Shown here: in pieces, positions 58,966-64,000 of the stretch
Numbering within the stretch: position 1 is the stretch's first letter
How the letters are laid out: every line of letters starts with the position of its first letter
NCBI GenBank assembly: GCA_028716705.1
Contig: JAQUPI010000002.1
Coordinates: 14,067 to 78,066 of the forward strand
Direction: 5' to 3'
DNA from: Candidatus Omnitrophota bacterium
GTDB lineage: Bacteria > Omnitrophota > Gorgyraeia > Gygaellales > Profunditerraquicolaceae
DNA length: 64,000 nt
The notes under the pieces: generated by a model
What the model was told of the DNA's origin: nothing
The model's database searches: none
Seen by the model: the letters and a program-made list of their open reading frames with translations, nothing else
Made by a program: the position numbers and the translations under genes

Positions 58966-59081
58966 AATTTCTTTAGGTTCCAAAAAAAGTATTTTTCGGG
59001 TTGCGAAAGGTGATCCAGGTTTCTTAACCTCTTGAACGTTCGTAACTAAAAGAGCGGAAACATTAAAGACTGGAGGTTGAT

Positions 59082-60641
59082 TTGTCTATGTTAAACATAG
59101 TTATATTTGCCGCTACTGCCTTGATCTCGCTATATGCGGGCTATGTTATAAGGCGGTATATAGCGGAAAAAAAGATTCAGGACGCTGAAGCAAAAGCCGG
59201 GGTGATCCTGGATCAGGCCAAAAGAGAGGCGCAGGATAAGCGCAGGGAAGTGGAACTGGAGGCTAAAGACCTTCTCTACAGGATGCGCCAGGATTTTGAA
59301 AGGGAGACAAAGGATAGGCGCCAGGAAATACAAAATTCGGAGAAAAGGCTCTCCCAGAAGGAAGAAAACATAGAGCGCAGGCTCGAGCTTTTAGAAAGAA
59401 AAGAGAAGGAGCTGGAGCAGAGGCAGGACAATTTAAGGAAGCAGGAAGAGGCCATAAAGGCCAAGGAGACGCAACTTCATTCTCTGATCGCCGAAGAAAA
59501 AGAAAGGCTGCAGAAAATATCATCCCTTTCCGCTGAAGAAGCAAAGCAGATTTTGCTCAGCCGCCTTAATGAAGAATTGAACGCGGAAAAAGGAGTATTT
59601 ATAAAAAGGCAGGAAGAAGAATTGAAAAGCCTCGCGGATAAAAAAGCCAGGGAGATCATCAGCCTGGCCATCCAAAGGTGCGCTGCGGAGCACGCCGTTG
59701 AATCTACGGTAAGCGTGGTTGCTTTGCCTAATGACGACATGAAAGGACGCGTGATCGGCAGAGAGGGAAGGAATATCCGGGCCCTAGAAATGGCGACAGG
59801 GGTCGACGTGATCATAGACGATACCCCGGAAGCGGTGACATTGTCCGGGTTTGATACCGTCCGCAGGGAAATAGCCCGTTTGAGCTTGGAGAAACTTATC
59901 AGCGATGGGCGGATCCATCCCGGCAGGATCGAGGAGATAGTAGAGAAGACAAAAAAGGAGATGGACGAAAAGATACGCGAAGAAGGGGAGCGGGCGGCTT
60001 TTGAGGCAGGAGTCGACAGCTTGCATCCGGAGCTTATAAAACTGATCGGCCGGCTTAGATACCGCACCAGTTTTGGCCAGAACGCGCTGCAGCATTCCAA
60101 AGAAGTCGCTTTTCTCCTTGGGGTAATGGCTTCCGAAGTGGGTTTGGATTATAAATTGGCGCGCAGGATAGGGCTTTTGCATGATATCGGGAAAGCGGTG
60201 GACCATCAGATAGAAGGCACACATGCCAAGATAGGGGCGGACCTGGCGAGAAAATATAATGAAAGCCAGGAAGTAATAGGGAGCATCGAGGCCCATCATG
60301 AAGAGGCGGAGATCAAAAGCTTTTACGCGGTCCTGGCGGTGGCGGCAGACGCGATAAGCGCGGCACGGCCGGGCGCGCGCCGGGAAACGCTGGAAACTTA
60401 TATCAAGCGGCTGGACAAGCTGGAATCCATCGCTAACCTTTTTAAGGGCGTGGAAAAATCTTTCGCTATACAGGCAGGCCGGGAAATACGGGTGATCGTG
60501 CAGCCGGAAAAAATTTCAGACAGCGACGCCGTCAATCTGGCCAGGGATATCCGTAAAAAGATAGAAGAGGGTATGGAATACCCCGGGCAGATCAAGGTAA
60601 CGGTAATTCGTGAAACCCGGGCCATTGAATACGCGAAATAG
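59082..60641 (+). CDS. rny: Ribonuclease Y
   Basis: 519 aa with an N-terminal TM, a coiled coil, a KH domain ([11 protein letters not shown]) and an HD domain (LHDIGK). Confidence 0.9.
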   Translation: MSMLNIVIFAATALISLYAGYVIRRYIAEKKIQDAEAKAGVILDQAKREAQDKRREVELEAKDLLYRMRQDFERETKDRRQEIQNSEKRLSQKEENIERRLELLERKEKELEQRQDNLRKQEEAIKAKETQLHSLIAEEKERLQKISSLSAEEAKQILLSRLNEELNAEKGVFIKRQEEELKSLADKKAREIISLAIQRCAAEHAVESTVSVVALPNDDMKGRVIGREGRNIRALEMATGVDVIIDDTPEAVTLSGFDTVRREIARLSLEKLISDGRIHPGRIEEIVEKTKKEMDEKIREEGERAAFEAGVDSLHPELIKLIGRLRYRTSFGQNALQHSKEVAFLLGVMASEVGLDYKLARRIGLLHDIGKAVDHQIEGTHAKIGADLARKYNESQEVIGSIEAHHEEAEIKSFYAVLAVAADAISAARPGARRETLETYIKRLDKLESIANLFKGVEKSFAIQAGREIRVIVQPEKISDSDAVNLARDIRKKIEEGMEYPGQIKVTVIRETRAIEYAK

Positions 60642-60668
60642 TCACATGTCGCAAGCCACAAGTCAATG
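60640..60668 (+). repeat. GTCACA-family repeat, locus 4 (rny/ymdB intergenic)
   Basis: tagtcacatgtcgcaagccacaagtcaatg begins in the rny stop codon. It is followed by a GCCaCAA/TTTGcGGC hairpin and TTTG. Confidence 0.55.
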
Positions 60669-60692
60669 TTTGCGGCTTTGAATGAATTATAA

Positions 60693-61478
60693 ATGAGGAT
60701 ATTATTCATCGGAGATATTGTAGGTTCACCGGGAAGGCAGGCGGTAAAGGAGCTTCTTCCTGGACTGCAAAAAGAGCATAGGCTTGATTTTGTGATCGCC
60801 AACGCCGAGAATGCCGCGGGAGGCTCCGGGATCACGCCGAGGATCGCCCAGGAACTATTCGAATCCGGCGTTAATGTGCTTACTTCGGGAGACCATATAT
60901 GGAAAAAGAGGGAGATATTTGAAATTATCGATAAAGATGAACGGATCTTAAGGCCGTTAAATTTTCCCTCCGGCGTTGCCGGAAGGGGCGCGTCCGTTTA
61001 TAACGCAAAGAACGGCTTGCCGATAGGCGTGATAAATGTAAACGGCAGGGTTTTTATGGAAGCGCTGGATTGCCCTTTTAAAACGAGCAGGCGCGCCATA
61101 GAAGAACTGGCAAAACAGACAAAAGTTATCGTTGTGGATATCCACGCGGAAGCTACTTCAGAAAAAGTCGCTTTAGGCTGGTATTTAGACGGTAAAGCCT
61201 CAGCGGTACTAGGTACTCACACGCATGTTCAGACCGCCGATGAGAGGATCCTTCCTTTGGGCTTGGCTTATATCTCTGACGTTGGCATGACCGGGCCGTT
61301 AGATTCGGTGATCGGCAGGAGGGTAGAAGACGTCCTCGAGAAGTTTGTCACGGGGGTGCCTGTCAGATTTGAGGTAGCGGAAGGGAATATCCAATTGCAG
61401 GGAGCGGTCTTGGATATAGATGATGAGTCCGGCAAGGCGAGGTCGATCCAAAGGATACAGAGAAAACTAAATGGTTAA
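60693..61478 (+). CDS. ymdB: YmdB-like metallophosphoesterase (TIGR00282; 2',3'-cNMP phosphodiesterase)
   Basis: MRILFIGDIVGSPGR and GDHIW motifs. The rny-ymdB pair is as in Bacillus. Confidence 0.8.
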   Translation: MRILFIGDIVGSPGRQAVKELLPGLQKEHRLDFVIANAENAAGGSGITPRIAQELFESGVNVLTSGDHIWKKREIFEIIDKDERILRPLNFPSGVAGRGASVYNAKNGLPIGVINVNGRVFMEALDCPFKTSRRAIEELAKQTKVIVVDIHAEATSEKVALGWYLDGKASAVLGTHTHVQTADERILPLGLAYISDVGMTGPLDSVIGRRVEDVLEKFVTGVPVRFEVAEGNIQLQGAVLDIDDESGKARSIQRIQRKLNG

Positions 61479-63252
61479 GAAAAACATTTTGATCCCGGCT
61501 CTTGTTATGTGGTGTTTTATTGTAATTTACGATCTTGCGCTCAGTAACAATCTATTTTGCCAAGAAACAGACGGCCTGGAATTTACCCTTGACTTAAATT
61601 CCCCGACAGTACCGCTTACTTCGCTTTTTAGGCCAAGTATCGACTTAAGCGGCCGCGGTTTCCACCGCGAGAATACCTGGCCGCAAGGGCTTGCTTCCCC
61701 CGAGGCCTTAGATGCCTGGCAAAAAGACATCGGTTTTAACGGCGTTTTCCGGGTGCAGTATAATCTCTGGGAAATAGAACAGCTTTCCAAGGATCCAAAG
61801 GCCCAGGAAAAATTATTGATCAACCATGAGAACATTTTCAGGAAGATCACGGAGGCCGGAGGGATAATTATACTGGATATATTCGGTACTCCGGCAGGGC
61901 TTGGCCAGACATTGGATCAAAAGAGCCCGCCGTGGGATTTCAAGGCGTTTAAAGAGCTGATCAAGGGCCACATCAGGAACTTAAGCTGTAATAAAAGGTA
62001 TAATGTATGGTATGAAGTATGGAGCGCCCCCGACCTGGACGATTTTTTTCTAGGCAGAAAACAGGAATATTTCAGCCTTTACCGCGCGGTCGCTGAAGCC
62101 GCCATGGAATTAAGCGCCGAGAGTAAAATTTATATTCCAGTGGGCGGCCCGGCAGTGAGCTGGTGGTTCCAGAATCTCGATTCCAACACCATAGTCAATC
62201 CGGAAGGAAGCCTCATCTATGAATTGATCAAATTCTGCTACCGCAGCCAGCTGCCGCTTGATTTTATCAGCTGGCACGCTTATTCAACAGACCCTAAGAC
62301 CGAGAAAGATACTACTGTATATAAAAAATCAGGGATAGCCCTTGTCCGGGAATGGCTCTCCTATTTCGGGTTCGACAAAGAAACCCGCTTAATAATAGAC
62401 GAATGGAATTATGATACCAATGCCAACATCCTTCCGGAGCGGGACGAAAGATCCTATATCGCGGCCAGCTATGTCCCTGCCCGCATAAAGAACATGTATA
62501 ACGCCGGCATAAATTATCAGCTGTATTTCAGCCTGGAGGATTTTCAGGAAAATAAAGAGAACGTAAGCCGCAATACGGGAATATTTTCTTTTGACTCCAG
62601 GGCATCCGATTATAAAGGTTCGCCGAAGTCCACCTATAACGTTTTTAGGATGCTTTCTAAATTAGGTAATAATCTGCTTTCCGGTTTTAAGTCCAGCGAT
62701 GACTTCGTGGATTTAATCGCCACAAAAACACAGGACGGCGCGGCCGTGCTTATTTATAATTACATCGATCCCGAAATAGTCAGGAGCTATTTGTCGCGCA
62801 ACATTGCAGCCTTAAATGGAGCCGAAAGAAAGACGCTGCTCAATCTTATTTCTTCCGGAAAGCTCGAGAAGATCATGCTACGCGAACTCGATTTATCCAA
62901 AATGCGCATGAGTAAAAGATTAAAAACTTTGTTGAAGAAGGCGCAGGAAATAAAGGAACGCGCGGTAAAATTAAAGTCCGCGGCACGCAACGTCAATTTA
63001 GCGTTCAAGAACTTTAAAGGCACTTATATATATCAAAGATATGCGGTAGACAGGTCTTGCAGTGAAAACTGCGCCTTTAGCCCCGCGGAAGAGAAAGAGC
63101 TGGATTTCTCCAGTCCGCTTAAGGAGGCGCTTAAGCTTGAACCGTATTCCGTGAACATGATCATTTTGACTAAAAAACCCGCTGAGCCAAAGAAAGAAGC
63201 CGAGGCCCCCGTTATACCCGAGCAGCCGGCTTCGCCTCCCGCGGGAAAATGA
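61471..63252 (+). CDS. Secreted/anchored TIM-barrel glycoside-hydrolase-like protein (GH39/GH5-like)
   Basis: 593 aa with an N-terminal TM/signal. IIDEWNYD- and ISWHAY-type motifs suggest catalytic acid and nucleophile contexts. Pro-rich C-terminal tail. Confidence 0.35.
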   Translation: MVKKNILIPALVMWCFIVIYDLALSNNLFCQETDGLEFTLDLNSPTVPLTSLFRPSIDLSGRGFHRENTWPQGLASPEALDAWQKDIGFNGVFRVQYNLWEIEQLSKDPKAQEKLLINHENIFRKITEAGGIIILDIFGTPAGLGQTLDQKSPPWDFKAFKELIKGHIRNLSCNKRYNVWYEVWSAPDLDDFFLGRKQEYFSLYRAVAEAAMELSAESKIYIPVGGPAVSWWFQNLDSNTIVNPEGSLIYELIKFCYRSQLPLDFISWHAYSTDPKTEKDTTVYKKSGIALVREWLSYFGFDKETRLIIDEWNYDTNANILPERDERSYIAASYVPARIKNMYNAGINYQLYFSLEDFQENKENVSRNTGIFSFDSRASDYKGSPKSTYNVFRMLSKLGNNLLSGFKSSDDFVDLIATKTQDGAAVLIYNYIDPEIVRSYLSRNIAALNGAERKTLLNLISSGKLEKIMLRELDLSKMRMSKRLKTLLKKAQEIKERAVKLKSAARNVNLAFKNFKGTYIYQRYAVDRSCSENCAFSPAEEKELDFSSPLKEALKLEPYSVNMIILTKKPAEPKKEAEAPVIPEQPASPPAGK

Positions 63253-63253
63253 T

Positions 63254-64000
63254 ATGCCAGAAAAAAAAGAACTCTTTTGCCCTCAGCCGGGCCTGAATAA
63301 AGACAGGCACATTTACACAGTTTCCCAGATTACCCAGGACATAAAATTGATCCTGGAGAATACCTTCTGCGAGGTCTGGGTGGAAGGGGAGATCTCCAAT
63401 TTCAGGCAGTATTCTTCCGGCCATTATTACCTTTCACTAAAAGACAAATCCGCCTTATTGCAGGCGGTCATCTTCAACCGCTCCGCCAAGGAGATTAAAT
63501 TCAAATTAGAAGACGGTCTTAAAGTGATCTGCTTCGGCAGGGTTGAGCTTTATGAGCCTCGCGGGCAATACCAGTTGATCATAGAAAAAATAGAGCCCAA
63601 AGGAATAGGCAGCCTGCAGCTTGCCCTCGAGCAGTTAAAGGCCAAACTTGAAAAAGAGGGCCTTTTCGCGGCTGAGCACAAAAGGCCTATCCCCTATCTT
63701 CCCGGCAGGATCGGAGTCGTTACCTCTTTATCCGGAGCCGCGATAAAAGATATCCTGAAAGTCCTGGATTCAAGGTTCAGGGATATACACATAACTATTT
63801 ATCCCGTGCGCGTGCAAGGCGAGGAAGCGAAAAAAGAGATCGCCCAGGCGATCGAAGATTTCAACCGTTTCAACATTGATTCCGCTGTTAACGAACGCAT
63901 CGAAGTTTTGATCGTCGGCCGCGGCGGAGGATGCATAGAGGATCTCTGGGCATTTAACGAGGAGATAGTGGCGCGCGCGATATATAATTCCCGGATACCG
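63254..64000 (+). CDS. xseA: Exodeoxyribonuclease VII large subunit (partial; continues past the window end)
   Basis: Hand translation gives an OB-fold N-terminus (IYTVSQIT..., VWVEGEISNF) and then RIGVVTSLSGAAIKDI. Not in the ORF track because there is no stop within the window. Confidence 0.8.
   Translation, partial: MPEKKELFCPQPGLNKDRHIYTVSQITQDIKLILENTFCEVWVEGEISNFRQYSSGHYYLSLKDKSALLQAVIFNRSAKEIKFKLEDGLKVICFGRVELYEPRGQYQLIIEKIEPKGIGSLQLALEQLKAKLEKEGLFAAEHKRPIPYLPGRIGVVTSLSGAAIKDILKVLDSRFRDIHITIYPVRVQGEEAKKEIAQAIEDFNRFNIDSAVNERIEVLIVGRGGGCIEDLWAFNEEIVARAIYNSRIP

Overview
This 64 kb window reads as the chromosomal replication-origin region of an uncultivated bacterium with roughly mid-range GC and Gram-negative-type features (outer-membrane beta-barrel, lipoproteins). 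The strongest unexplained structure is repeat-based: a ~54-nt intercistronic 5'-leader present twice, a dispersed 'GTCACAA' heptamer repeat at five gene boundaries (three copies translated in-frame), and a LAGLIDADG homing-endonuclease ORF wedged between intact tRNA genes and reading through tRNA-Leu.

Gene orientation switches at about 38.8 kb. Everything to the left is on the minus strand: dnaA-dnaN-DciA-like-gyrB-gyrA, tRNA-Glu, glmS, rsmI, the pyr genes, a V-type ATPase operon, tRNA-Val/Asp, and hypF(C-terminal)-hypC-hypD. Everything to the right is on the plus strand: rpmH-yidD-yidC-jagN-parA-parB, ndk, yicC-gmk-rpoZ-coaC, a tRNA cluster, thrS-infC-rpmI-rplT, trkA-trkA-trkH, pheS-pheT, rarA, iscU, rny-ymdB and xseA.

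No CRISPR array, rRNA gene or transposase was found. Other items worth a second look are a DEDDh exonuclease fused to a WYL domain, next to a DUF2156/CsaA/YkgJ cluster; a HypF reduced to its Kae1-like domain; a pyr operon split by inserted genes and carrying a PyrR attenuator; a structured intergenic element upstream of rarA; and a 37-aa hydrophobic ORF coupled between trkA and trkH.

All coordinates derived by hand (tRNAs, repeats, regulatory sites) may be off by 1-3 nt. CDS boundaries follow the supplied ORF track unless a start was re-assigned from visible RBS or motif evidence.
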